Shown here piece by piece: positions 27,773-44,766 of a stretch of 64,000 nucleotides of DNA. A program made the translations under genes and the position numbers. Source of the DNA: the human T2T-CHM13v2.0 reference genome, Homo sapiens; assembly GCF_009914755.1 (NCBI RefSeq), contig NC_060926.1. One strand, written 5' to 3'. Numbering within the stretch: the first letter of the stretch is position 1; every line of letters starts with the position of its first letter. The notes beneath the pieces were generated by a model. That model did no database searches. It had not been told where the DNA came from and saw nothing but the letters and a program-made list of their open reading frames with translations.

Positions 27773-30700
27773 AACTAGATAATCTCTAGGGTTTTCAAAT
27801 CCAGCGTTCTATGACTCTTGAACTTGAGGCAATTCTTGAATAGAAAGAGCTCCTGGAATAGGGGCTAACTGGAAAGGGCCTCTTTCCATCCTGTAGTAGT
27901 TAGCAAAACAAAGCATGCTTTGAGATTGTTGAACTTTACAAAGGGCGGGGCTTATTTTGCCGTGTTTTTACGGAGTTGATTTTGCTGTGTGTCTGTATTT
28001 GTTTATTGGTCTAATGGCTCTGGTATGCATGGTGTCCCCCAGTTTTGGAGAAAAGATATCCCAGCTGTGTAGGCATGGTTTAATCTGACTGTCTTCAGTG
28101 GCATGGTTTGAGGTGGGACACCCATTTGTGCCCACCTGGAAGAGAATGCTGATTCGTCTGCTTAATAAACATGGCAGGAAAGGGAGCCAAATGCTGTCCT
28201 GGAGAACCTGTAGGGCTGCCCAAACTCCACCTCACCCCTGGGCTGTCTGTGTTTGCCTTCCTTTCTGAGCCTAAGCAATGGGATGGAAAAGATTAACTCT
28301 AAGCGGTGGGGCAGTGCAGTAGGCTGTGGCCAGGAGAACAAGAATGGGTTCTGAAGATGCCTTTAAAAATGCAAATTAGGAAGGAAGAAATCTTCACTTT
28401 CTTACTCCAAAGCCCATCCAAACAAGGTTCTAATTTATAGAATTGCGTCCCAGTGAAGTTCCCCATGCCCATGTTAGTGCACCAGATGTGTAATAGGGAA
28501 CCCAACACACAGAACTGAATGGACTTCTCAGGGTCACCTTGGCCAGTAAGAACCTTTGTGCAAACAAAGAAAAGGCTCCCCCTTTGGGTTGGTGCAGAGT
28601 TAGCTTTAGGTAAAGTAGAAGCTGTCCCTTTGTCTGGGCCTCTGTCCCTGAGTGAGCACACAGCTTAGCACGCAGAGCACAGGCTCAATTTCAGCCCCCG
28701 TTTGCTCTCTTGGCCTGATGCCTTTGTGCGGGGCAGAAGCTGCACTTCCAAATGCACAGCTCCCTGCGCCTCTTGTACCTGGCATGTTAGAAGTCTGTGG
28801 GGTTCCCTCAGGGTTCTAGCTGGACAACAACAGGTTAACTCTGCTTGGCCTTGGTCTTTGAGGACACAGCGGACTAGGCTAGCCACCAGCACACCTCTTC
28901 ATCCCTGTCTCCTTCAGCAACACTGCAAGGCAAGTGTGGCTGGTGTCAGGGCTGAAGGATCGGTGCCCCATGCTGGGAGCAGAGAGTTGGTCCTCTGGCC
29001 GCAGACGCTGTAGGCCCTGCCCTAGGCCAGGTGCTTATGCAGGAGAGCCCAAGCCTTGGCTCCTCCTGCCAGCTTCAGCTCAGCTCAAGGAGTGCACATG
29101 ATTTTCCACACAGTTCAACCTCAAAGGCAATACACTTGCAGCACAGAGAAATGTGCTCAGAGGTCCAGAATAGACAGGCTCACGGTGGGGGAAGTGACCT
29201 CACTCCCGAGGCACTGGGTTCCCCACTGCGCAGTGTGTGCTGTGGCGGCATTCCACCGGGACACCCACCCTCGGCAGGGAGTGTTGTCAGAATGGCCTGG
29301 AGAAGACTGTGATGAACTCTGTGGGTGCTGCAGTGTTGTGGTCAGATCCGATTTCCACCACTCAATTCATGCTGGAAATTGTATTTGAGCCAGCCATATG
29401 GGCAAACTTTGAAAGACTCCTGTCCTACCCTTTTAATTCTGCATCTATCAGCGGTTCCCAGCAGCTCAGAGGCTAGAGGAGTGGGAAGAAAGAGGCAGCG
29501 AGCCGACAGCAGCCCAGGACCCAGTGTCTGCTTCCTGTCCCCTTACTTGGTTTTAAGAGCCTACTGGGAACAAGAAGGAATGAAGTTTGTTCCTGTTGTG
29601 AGACCCAAATGTGCAGAGCACCATGCTAAGGAAAAGTTAGAGTCCTGCGCCCATCGCTTCTTCTCTGTGACCTAGAAGGATGTGACAGGAAGGTAAAGGA
29701 CAGTACCTGCATGTCAGCGCTGTCGCACACTCTGAGAAGGGCAGTGGGAGCCCAGTGAAGTCAACCTGGAAACATCTGTGCACATCAGGGCAGGACGGGG
29801 GCCCAGGGCCTGAGAGAAAGAAACCCGACTGCTGGCAGATGTCTCCAATTTCATTACTACTCCACGTTGCCAGGCCCATGGTGATGTCCTCACATTTAGC
29901 TGCAGCCTGCCGTGGCCAGGCATAGGTTGGCAGCATCACTCAGCGGGGTGCCTTCTAGTGGAACATGGGTGCACCCAGAGCCTTGCCCTTCCTGCTCAGC
30001 CTTAGCCCTCAGTGGCTGCAGAAGGCAGGAAGACCCTCCAGGGCTGGCAGTGTGCTGTCATCAGGACACGGGCTTGCAGCTTCCAAGTCCCGCTCTGCCT
30101 TTATCATGTGCCTGGCCTTGGTCAAGTTACTCCTCTCCAAGCCTGCTCCTTCATGTATATGGGGGGAGTAGAGTAATGGGATCGATTTCATACACATGAT
30201 TGTTGCTTGGATTAAAATGAGGTTATTTTGAAAGCACATTATAAACTATAAAATAAGAAGTATCAAGTTAGTTAATTCACTTATTCAACAAATGTTATAT
30301 ATATACCTATTGGTACCAGACACTAGTTGGACAGTGTTCCCAGGAGGTCCAGGCCCTTGTCAATAAGAGCTGTTCAATAACTGTTTGTTGAGTTAACGTG
30401 AAACAGGAGGTCCTCAATGTGTGTGTGTCCGTAGCTGTATGATGGCAGTGGAGGGGTGGGCAGGAAGGAAACCAAGGCTTGAGTTCTTACCATGTGCCTG
30501 GCACTGTTGCCTCATAACAACTGGTCACTGGAGAGAAACAGAGACTTGGGGGCTTTTCCAGACACACAGCTAGTAAGTAATAGATCCACATTTAAATTCA
30601 GTTTTCTCTTACTCGAAAATCCATGTTCTTCCCACTTAATCAGATAGGGAATGATTGCCACGTGTTCCTCTTGCCACAGAATGACACCAGGAGGTTCCAT

Positions 30701-33700
30701 CTCTAACCCATGTTTCTTTTCCCAAGCATCCCTCAGATCTATGACCCAGGCCAAACCCAAGCCAAAAATGATCACCCCTGATTCTAGGCCAGAAAATAGG
30801 AATCGTGTGAAATCTAAGCAGAATGAGGCTGTGTCACCACTAGCCAAACCTCTTGTTCATACTGCGCAGGTTTTAGGAAAACAACAGCCTTTAATGCATG
30901 CTCGAAATTCCTTCCATGGTAAGCCACTGTGAGAAAAATCTCACCCAAACAATGTGCTCTTGGCAGAGGGAGGGCCGGTGTCTTTTCAGGCAAAAAGCAA
31001 ACCAGCAGGGACCCAGAAATCACTCTAGGGAGTGTTGGTTTCCCCAGAAGATCTAGCTTTTTAAAAATAAACTTAGCAAAGGATTTCATTTGCCCCTCTG
31101 CCCCACCTTTGCCTCTCACTGCTTGGAGAGGAGGAGGATTGTGGAGTTCCTTGTCCCGGGTCAGTTCCCAGCTCAGCATTGATACATCTGCTTCTCAAGT
31201 TTAGCACCAAATATTTATTCTGATAAAGTGAGTTTAAAAAAAAAAAAAACTAGATCGATTATTGTCTGGCTTGGTCTCCAAAAACAAGTCCCTGCAATTG
31301 ACAGTGGTTGCATGAACTTAAGAATAATAGATCCTTAGGAAGGAAGGCTGTTCATTCAGTCATTCAACAGAAAATTAGGGTACTTCTGTGTCACTGAGGT
31401 GCAGCCCCAGTGAAATGAACTCAGAAGCCTCCAGTGTTTATACCACTGAGACTGGGGCAGAGTAGTCTGGAGTGCTGCATGTAAAGCTAGGCACTCCCCA
31501 GTGATGGAGCTTCCAGCTGCCCCTACCATTCGGTGCACAAGTGTCCCTGAACTTCGGTGAAGTATGAGCCACCAAGCTCCGCCCAAGGGTGACCACAGAA
31601 GTAGACAACTTACGAACCAGAAACATCAACCAGCAACCCCAGACAGTTTATGTAAGATTGCTTCATTCCAGAGAGCAGAACTGGGATCCATGGGCAGAAG
31701 TTTCAAGGGGACAGATTCCAGTTCGGGAGAGAGAAGAACCCTGTAACTCTTAGAGGCGCCTTTGAGCAACGCGCTCTCAAGGTGTTCCAGCAGGGTGAGG
31801 ATCACCCCCCAGAAGTGCTGCTGGGCCAAGCCCTGCCTTGAACAAGATCCTGAGGTCTCGCCCAACAGCAAGGTTCTCTGGTTAGCACCAAATGAGTGGC
31901 TCAACAGTTCGTGTTGTGGAGCTTCAGAGGCAGGACAAGCAGTCATGGGCTGTGGTTGGCGGCCGCAGGCCCCGATGCTTAGGCCAGGCCTTGAGGGTGG
32001 GTAGGTGTCAGGTAGGTGGGAGACCCCCAGCATGTTGCAGGCCCAGGAAAGCACCCTTCACCTGCAGAGTAAAGGGGCTCCTGCTTAGCTGACTGCCAGA
32101 CTTGCAAAGGGGAATTAATTATTGTTTGTGATACAATTAAAATCCCCCAATGAAAGGCCTTGTATAAATGTAAATTATCATTATTGTCATTAAAGGGGCT
32201 AGACGTCTGGCCTGCTGGATAATATCCCCACATACCTCTGAGCAGAAAAGAAAGCCAGCCCAAGGCAGGAATTTTGCTCCTGCTCTTCCAAAGCAATAGC
32301 AGTAAGAAGCGGCAGGCCAAGGAGGGCTCTGCCCGTGGCTGTGAAAGCAGAGCCCCCCACTCTCATCCAGGGTGAGCACGCAGCTCTCTCTGCTCTGGGA
32401 GTCAAGTGACTGTGTGTCCCCTGAGGGCCAGGGCCCTGCCCAAATGCAGTCCCTTACCCCTGCAGGAACCAGCCCATTACTAGCACAGGAGTGGCCCATG
32501 AGTGTGTGAATATTTAGTTGTCTGCTGATTTGAAGGGTGGAAGGAACATGAGCAGGATGGATACTGGCCAGCATTCTTGAGGTCCTAAGTCAGATCTGGA
32601 GACAAAGGGGAGATAGACGGCTCAGACCCGTGCAGCACCTCTGATGATGCTTGTGAAGGCTCTTGCCTCTTAACCCCTCTAGCTAAGCGCTGGGAGAGGT
32701 CATTTGTTACATTACTGCTTCCACTTAAGAAACTGTCTCTGGCTAAGTGGTTGGATTAATACCAAAGCAGAAATAATAATAATGGATAATAGTATATTAG
32801 ACTGAGCAGTGACCTCAGAAACCATCCCCTCACTTTGCAGATGAGGCATCTCTGGGGTACAGAGAGGTGAAGTGGCTTCTCCAAAGCAGCGTAGCAGAGA
32901 AAAGCAGAGCTGGAATCACAGCTAAAGCTCCCGTGCCAAGTCCACAGTTTGACTATGCGGGATGATGTTACCTCCCCTGTGACAGCAAGTCACAGAGATA
33001 TTGCCCCTCATCAACCCTAGGGAGTTTTAAGATGACCTTTATGTTACAGGAACCTTCTGGGCTTCCTTTGCTCTTCTGGGGCTCGTTATTTAGAGAACAT
33101 TTGTGGTCCCTCACATGTCACCTAGGTGGACTGCACACACCCTCCTTCTTGAACTTCTTTTCCTTCCCCCAGACACTCAGAGTAGCCTGCATTCTTCATT
33201 AGGGTGCCCCAGCACTTCCAAGAACCACATGGGCCCGTGAGAGGGAGGTCAAGGTCATCCCTTTTGTCTCTTGTTATCATAGTCATAATTCTGCTGAAAA
33301 GCTACACGATGCAGATCCCAAGATGAGAGTGAACAGCACCAGTCAATACCTGTAGACACACAGAGCTACCAGAGGGAGGGCCATCTAGGGGGTTTTGTAG
33401 AACAAATGTAGGTGCAATGGGGGTTGGCAGTAAGTAGCCCTCGAAATTCATTACTGAGCTGTTGGCAGCTCTAGGAAAAGTTTAATGGAGGAGACTAAAA
33501 TACAGCCACAATGAGGTTTGGGATGGGAGAGAACACGAAATCAAAAAATTTTAGAAATTATTTATCTTGCTCCCTTACTGCATAGATGAGAAAACAGAGC
33601 AGTGATTCACCACGATATAGCAGAGCCAGGGACAGAACCCAAGGCTCCCGACTCAGTGGACAGTACACTTGCCACTGGAAATCATGGTGGCATGGAAAGA

Positions 33701-33756
33701 ATGTGCCCTTTGGAGTCAAGCAGCTCTGGATTCATAACTAGCATTGCCACCTATTA

Positions 33757-34308
<552 letters not shown>

Positions 34309-36562
34309 CTACAAGATATTTTACATTTGAATCCAGTATATATAACTAAAACAAAAGTGCCACATACAGTGCACTCTGATTTTATTTCACTTTATTTTAA
34401 TGCTGCTCAGAACCCACTAAATGGATTTTGTGATCCACTGTTTGAACAAGCCTTCTTTACACCATGTGTGGATATCATTCATCCACGTTGCATATATGCC
34501 CTTCCTTTCCTTCCCTCCCTCCCTTTCTGTAACGGAAGCCTGGGGCCGCAGGGCTACCTGCTGTCAGCATGTGCAGGGCCCGAGCTGGTGCAGTGTGGAG
34601 TGATCCCTGCAGCCCAGCAGAGCAGATGCATCTCCTCCTCCTGTGCTTGCCCCCAGCCTCTCTACTGCATGATTACAGAAGACTTGTAAGGCCCCCTCCT
34701 GCCAGACGTTCTGTCATCTGCCAGCCTGCATGGAACTTCCCCACACCCTACCCCAGCAGAGCCCACCTGAAGTTCCTGTTGTGAGAATTACTCTTGTTAC
34801 CAAAGGCCATTGTCTCCAGAAGGCCACTGTACCCCAGCAGGGAGAGTGGAGCTTGGACACCCTCTCCCATTGAGTAGTTTCTTCTTTGGGAATTGCTGCT
34901 TTTCTGTCTGAAAGCCCAGAGAGCCAGGTGTCTGCGGTGTGATTTCAGCTGTCAGGGGGATAAGGGTGAAGAGAGGAGGGACCATGGCCATCTTGCTGCC
35001 CCTCCCCCACATCCTCAAACACCCAGCCAGGGGGGTGAATGTCCCAGAGTGTTGGGTGACCAAAAGCTGTGTCCAAAAGCCAGCATGCAGGGGCCTGAGC
35101 ACCTGTGGAAGCCATGAGCTCTGGCCTCTGGATGCTGAGATCTGGTGGAAGAAACTGAACTTACAACCAGGCAAATAACACTTCAAAGCCCTAGAGAGAC
35201 TCAGGGGAGGGGAAGGTTAGAGGCCTCAAGGAGTTGATCTCCTAAGTGTTCCTGAGGCCCTCCTTTGGGAGTCCTGCACTTTGCTGTGGAGGCTGATGCC
35301 TGACCATGCTGCGCACAAACCTCGGAGCACTGTTCCAGCTGGGGTGTGACTTGGGGCCTGGACCCACATTCCAGGTTCAGCTCTGCTGGGTCCCTGGGCA
35401 CTTCCTCTTTGAGGGTCACCCTTTGGTTTTTCCCCTTTCGATGACTAAAAAGTGGAGGGTAATCTGTGAGCTTGGTGGTGACTCACCACCATCCGACAGG
35501 CGGCCCACTTTTCCCAGCAGGTGAGCTGCGTGAGTAGCCCTCCTCCTGGCCGGGACTGTGGTGAGCTCCCTGCACCCCACCCCAGGCAGCCACGTGGCCA
35601 TCAGCACATCATGGTCTGTGCTGAGCGCCTGCTCTTGCAGCCCTGGGCAGAGTGAGCAGAGGACTCACCATCTGGGCACACCAGGCAGGTGCAGATGGGG
35701 AGACAAGATAAACCCAGGGCTGGGGCTCTTCTCTGGGTTCCCAGGCCCCAGGCAGCAGCACATTCCTTAGCCCCCAACACCCACCACCTGGCCTCGTTCC
35801 CAGCCCCAGCCCAGCCAGGTGCACCCATCTTCCCAGCCTCTCTCAGTGCCACACAGCCATTCCTGCCTCTCATCAAGCAGGTTATGATGGGCACGGCAGT
35901 CTGAGAGGGAGGGGGATGGAGAGGACTGGCTCACGCTCCGCCTACTAGCTCTGGGGCCTCAGGTCAACCCCCTGGGCAGGCAGGCATTCATTTAGCACCA
36001 AATTGACATTCATCTTCTGGGAGCTTCTGACAGGGTGAGCACCAAGGGCACTAAGGGTGAACCATCCCCAAATTCTGCCCTCTAGGCACTTACAGGGATG
36101 ACCTATGCTAACGTGCCATTAGGATACGCAGTGTCACAGGAACCATCCTAACCTCCCGCCCTTAGTCTCCCCTTCCCCTTCCCTGTAATGTTTGACCTCG
36201 GCAGTTTCCTTTTTCCTTCTATTACAACATTCTATCATTCTAAAGTATATCTTAAGTAAGCCAAATGCTTGCATTTGAGAAATATTTATTGAGCTGGTGA
36301 GTGTTGGACACTATGCTCCAGGCTGGGGATGCAAAGATGGATGAATACGACCCATGGGCTTTGCCCTCAGGGAGCTTCTTCCAGGGTGTGAGAGAATGGT
36401 TGGTATGTGTAGATGCGTGCATACATCTGTGATGAACGCCAGAGAAAGAAGCTGGTCCCATGGCCGGTGGAGGCTCAGGAGCCCATTAGGACTACCCTGT
36501 CCCTCCCTCCATTTAGCCAGCTGGCCCTCCCTTCTCCTCCTCCTTCTCATCTGCTGCACCAG

Positions 36563-36722
36563 GGGATGCCAAGGGAGCAGAGATGCCTGCAGCCCGTGGG
36601 AGCAAGTCCTGGCCTTTGCAGTTGCAAAAACTGGCTGCAAGCTGCTCCAGCCCCAGAGGAACTGGCCAAGCTCCAGAGGGCCTCCTTGGAGGGCCTCAGA
36701 GGGAGAGAGAACTGCTCAGTAA
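36563..36722 (+). CDS. BABAM2: BABAM2 alternative exon B, coding part: (K)GCQGSRDACSPWEQVLAFAVAKTGCKLLQPQRNWPSSRGPPWRASEGERTAQ*; exon 36563-36736
   Basis: Pyrimidine tract, gcaccag acceptor and phase-compatible frame give 52 new residues. Donor TTG|gtaagt at 36736. The peptide matches the C-terminus of the long BRE isoform as I recall it. Confidence 0.88.
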
Positions 36723-37429
36723 TTTTGATCACTTTGGTAAGTATTTAAAAATACCCTGTGATTTAGCAGGAACCAGAATTCATCCCAATACTTTGATGTC
36801 TAGAAATGGATCTCAGTCAGTTGTTGTTGAAGTCCTCCTAAAACGGCATTTGATTTAATTCAACACATACTGAGACCACAGTCAGCCTTCTCACAGGCGA
36901 GGAGGCCGAGCTGTATAAATTGTAGTCTAGACACCAATCTAAATATCTCAAACGCAAGGCAGACATAGCCCAGCCTGAGGTTGGAGGCCCGGCATGCTGT
37001 GGAATCGAGTAGAGGGGAGATTGATTCCAGCTGAGGGCAAGGGCCTCTGCCTGAAGCTGTGAGCATGTGGTACTGTGTTCCCACTGCGATATCAAGCCTT
37101 TGCATCTCAAGTTTGTTAATTTCCTTGTTTTGCAAGCTTAGACCCCCTGAAAACAGACCAGGCATGCTCAGGGGTTGGCGCATTTAGCAAGATTGACTGT
37201 GTACATGAACCAGTTACAAGCACTTGTTTGTTCCTAAAGCCCACACCCGAGAGCCAGGCTGCCATCGCCCGGGGCATAATTACAAAACAAGCTCCCATCG
37301 TGCCAGTCACTCACTCACCAAGGCACCCAGAATTGGATGGCAGTTGTCACAGGGGCCTTTGGAGGGTTTGGGGTGAAGGACATTGAAACAGAAGCAGGTC
37401 TCTTTGTAGCCATCCTGTTGTGAGGATGA

Positions 37430-37460
37430 CCCTTTGACACGAGGCCCTTTGACACGAGGC
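37430..37460. repeat. Perfect 15-bp tandem duplication
   Basis: ccctttgacacgagg twice. Confidence 0.9.
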
Positions 37461-38762
37461 GAGTAACCCCAAGTGAGTCAGAATTTACAGTGGCGGTTCA
37501 GGACAATGAGGACAAGGCAAGACCACGAGGCATGATTAGCAGGACTTGTCTTACACTATTTACAGGACTGCTTTGATTTTCAGACCACAATCGGTTTTCA
37601 TATGACTGATTAAAAACATGTGCCAGTTGAAGTCACAGCTGCAGAAGAAAACTGGAAAAAGCAGTGAGCCTTAGATGTTGGAACTTGCCTCTATTTGCAA
37701 AAATGACCTCTGACTTGATTTATGCCCTTGATTTCCTGACAGTGAGGGCTGTGTCCCTGAACCACTTCTCCTACCACACCCCACCCTACCACCACATTGG
37801 CCTGACTCTAGCAAACATCATGAGGCTCATCTTACAATTACCCAAAGAAAAGCATGTTTGAATTCCAGAATTCAAGTCCTGTTTTGGAAGAAGGCAACTG
37901 TTAGGCTCTTGCCAAATAAAAAGTTCCAAGTGAAGGAGGCTAACAGCAACAAGACCACAGGGTCTCGTCCACGGGGCCGGGCTCTAGTGGCACTGGGGTT
38001 GGAGTGACATTGGCAGGTATCTTAACTAAACTTGCTAAGCTTCTGTTTTCTCTCCTGCAAAATGGGGAGCATGACCCCTGCCACACCCAGTAGTGTTGTG
38101 AGCACCACCTTTGCAAAGCTTAACTGCCTTAGGTGCTCTCTCCCCGCTGCCAGTCCCCAACCTCTTTGGGTTGTATATTCTGTGTTTTGTTTTCATTTAT
38201 TTAAAGCTATATTGATTCAGTTTGTCAGACGTCTATTTTATGGATTTTTATCCTTTTGAAAAGATCTATTGAATCAATAAAGCATTGTAATTCCAGTAGG
38301 AAAGAACCCTTTAGATGAGACTTCGTTGAACAAAGTTTCCTACTGGCCTCAACCCCAAGGCCTCTGAGCATTTCCCTGATAGCTCCCTGTCTTAACTTTC
38401 TTCAGTCTCCTGATTTCCCCTTCTCTAGAACCCAACCATTATGTCATTTTCCAGGCATTACCCCTGATAACTTATGCTTCCTGAGCTAGAGGGCAGAGGG
38501 GTGGCCGAGAGGAACAGGCCTTCATGTCCCCCGACAAAACTGTCTATGGCACTTTTTGCTCGGGGCTCTGCAGCGTTCACTAACCCTACCCCATTTGTAT
38601 AAAACTATGCAGATGGAAACGATCCAATAATAACCCAACTACTCCCACCACCTTTGCAGCATTACCACCTCCTACTGAAACTTGCATTTGTGTGGGGCCC
38701 TGGGCTTGGTACTTGATACACATTTCCATTCTCCTCACAACCTCCTTGAAAAGAGGTGCTAG

Positions 38763-41603
<2,841 letters not shown>

Positions 41604-42394
41604 AAAAGAGGTGCTAGTGTCTGAATTTAATAGATGAAGAATCAGGACACAAAAGGGTTAAGTGGCTTGCTCAAGATCACATGGATGATATCTCAGACCA
41701 TAACTGGGTGGTCATAAGATCATTAAGTAGAAATCATCCTGTTACAGGTGAGGAAATGGAGTCCCAGTTCTGGATGACACAATGAGCCAGGGCCCGGGCT
41801 AGAGCTGTGAGTCCTGTGCCTCCTAGTGCAGTGCTCTTTCCACTTCCCCCACTGCCTCCCCTTGACGATGCATGTTGTCCTGGACAGAAGGAGAGCTGTT
41901 TGAGGACCAGGCCAACCAACACCCTGCTCTTGGCAGCCGGAGCCATGTGATTCCTAAATACCCTTCTAGGAAGAGCTGCAGCATCATCCCTGGTCAAGCC
42001 CTGACCAAAACTGCACACCACACACAAGGAGTACACCTGGTAGGTTTGGGGGCAGAAGACACGCAAGGGCTGGAGGTGCCTCTGGCTACAGAATTTGTCC
42101 TTTGATGCCACAAGGATGCCATGAGCAGCTCTAGACTGGATTGCAAAAGACACACAGTGTCCCATGACTTTGGCTGAGTATCCAAGCCTGAGATTGGCCA
42201 TCTCTGCCTGCGATTGCCAGCTCAGTGTGATCAGTGAGAAGGGAGGGCCTGATCCAAGGAGCCTCGGGAAAGGCTGAACTGAGGACAAGGACCCTAGACC
42301 TCTCACAGGTTTCCCGCTTCGGCACACACGCGTTCTTCTGGCTGTTTCCACAGACTCAGAGCCTCTTCCCCTTGGCCCCAGCGGGTACCCATGA

Positions 42395-42620
42395 TAATAG
42401 TTGACATCTATTGATCATCTCTTATGCCAGGTACCATGCCAAGCGCTTACCCAGACCATCTCATTCACTCCTCACAAGAACCCTTTAAGGTAGGCAGTTA
42501 CTCCCGCCTTTTAGATGAAGAAACTAACGCTGCAGTCACTTGCCCTCATGATCAACGAGTAAGGAGTGTGGCCAGGCCTCGAGCCCAGTCCGCCTGGCTC
42601 CAGAGCCTGCCCCGCACAGG
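42395..42620. mobile_element. MIR fragment
   Basis: Motif ctcattcactcctcacaagaaccctttaaggtaggcagttactcccgccttttagatgaagaaactaa. Confidence 0.6.
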
Positions 42621-44390
42621 CTACCCTCACCTTCTACAGCCCACCGGCCTTAGGACCCTCAGTTATGGCACCCTGCTTTGTAGGTGAGGGAGCTGAAACC
42701 CAGAAGAGATTTACCCTGGGCCCAAGGCCCACAAAAGTAGACCCCCTGACTCCTGATTCAGTTCCCTCCACCATGCCATGCCTGTGAGCTGAAGCCTGGG
42801 CCAGCCCTGCTTCTGCTCTGAATTCATGGGAAACCTACCCAGTCCTTACGTTTTCTTCTCCTAACTGAGACTCCTGGGTTGGACCGAGTTGTAATTTTAT
42901 GAAACCCTGAGCAGAGAGACTGAGATCAGTGAAGAGGGACTGAACCTCATTTTGCCCTCAGGCATATTGAGCTCTAATGCCATCTAAAAATAGATTCCCT
43001 TACAGTGTGCATTCAGTGAGGAGCTTGACACTCAGGGCCCTCTCCTGTGGGCCCCACTTGGCCAGTTAATGGGGAGGTGAGAAGACTTCACTATCCCCTA
43101 GAACACGCTTACACTTTTAAAGCTTACTACATACTTTGTCTCTGGGTCAAAGGTTTTTTCAAAGATGACAGATACCTCTTGCCATTAGCAATCTGTACTC
43201 TGGGCAGCTCTCCATTTTCTCTGATAAAAAGTGAAATAAATGAAAACAGCGTTTTAAAAAATCTATAAATGGGTGGGAGCCAGTTGTCATTTTCCCTTTC
43301 CCCCTCCTCCCCCTCCGTTAACTAACTTAATGAGGATCCAAGTTGAGAGGCACTCGCCGAAAACAGCTGGTAGCATCATGCCTTTAAATAGCCCTCGCCA
43401 CGCTTCCCCTTGGCAGCACGCAGTTGGCCCTGGCAGGGAAAGCCCAGGACAGAACAGGAAACTTTAGAACTTTCTAAAAAGAAAAAAGCTTGCCTTTAAA
43501 ATGTGCTCCCTTCTGTGTAAGGAGCTTGCAATGTTGTAGCCCCTTCCCCTAGAAGTTTACAAGGAAAGACTAAGCTGATGAGGCTTGCCTCGGGACCCAG
43601 TGTGACTCTGGGCCTGGGGAGGTAAGTGGAGGGCTCCCCGGACCCGACCCCTGCCCAGCTCAGGCCAGCGTCCAGGGCAGCAGTGGCTCCAGCACCATCT
43701 GCTCATCAGGCACCTGTGGGGGCTATAGTGCAGCTCAGCTGCAGCCTCTCCCCTTGATGTTCGTAGCTGTAAGGTCAGGGAAGGTGACGTCCTCACCTCT
43801 AACTTAGGGAACATTCAGCCCTCCCTGAAAGTGGTACTGGGATGGGCCAGACTCCACAGTGCACATCAGGCCAGAGTCCATGCAGCAGAGGTTGGTGGCA
43901 GCCTGTCGATCTCAGACCCTCTGGAGAAGCGGGGCCACAAGGCTCTCTCCGGCCGCACTTCCATGTTGCTGGGGAAATAGCAGCAGGTGAAACATATGGA
44001 AGGAATAAGTGGCCCTCACGTCTGGGTGGCAGCCAACAGTTGACTGTCTCCTCCCACACACTGTCCCATGCGAGTGTGGCATCAGGTGGCCTTATCACCC
44101 CTACTGTTCGTAAGGGAACAGAGCCCAGGGCTTCTCCTGCCCTGCCCGGCCTTGCCTAGGTCTGGAGCTCTGTCACACCACAGCACCCCTTTTGCATTAA
44201 GGGTGACTGTGGCGACTGTGGCATGGTGCCGTTAATGGATAAGGGCTTTGAGGTCCTGAGTGCCAGAGAAGGTGGCGGTTTGGCTGGCTCAGGGCTGTGC
44301 TGATCACAAGTGGATGGAAGAGGGTGCTTTTTCTTACTAACTGTTGGCAAAGTTTGAAATTTGAGAATGGACTAAAGTGTTCTTCCTTAG

Positions 44391-44766
<376 letters not shown>

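Noticed and set aside
41734-42351. 205-aa - strand ORF, and similar 140-190 aa ORFs at 56062, 58724, 59517 and 61678
   Set aside because: No recognisable homology, often non-ATG starts, and overlapping ORFs in several frames as expected by chance in GC-rich DNA.
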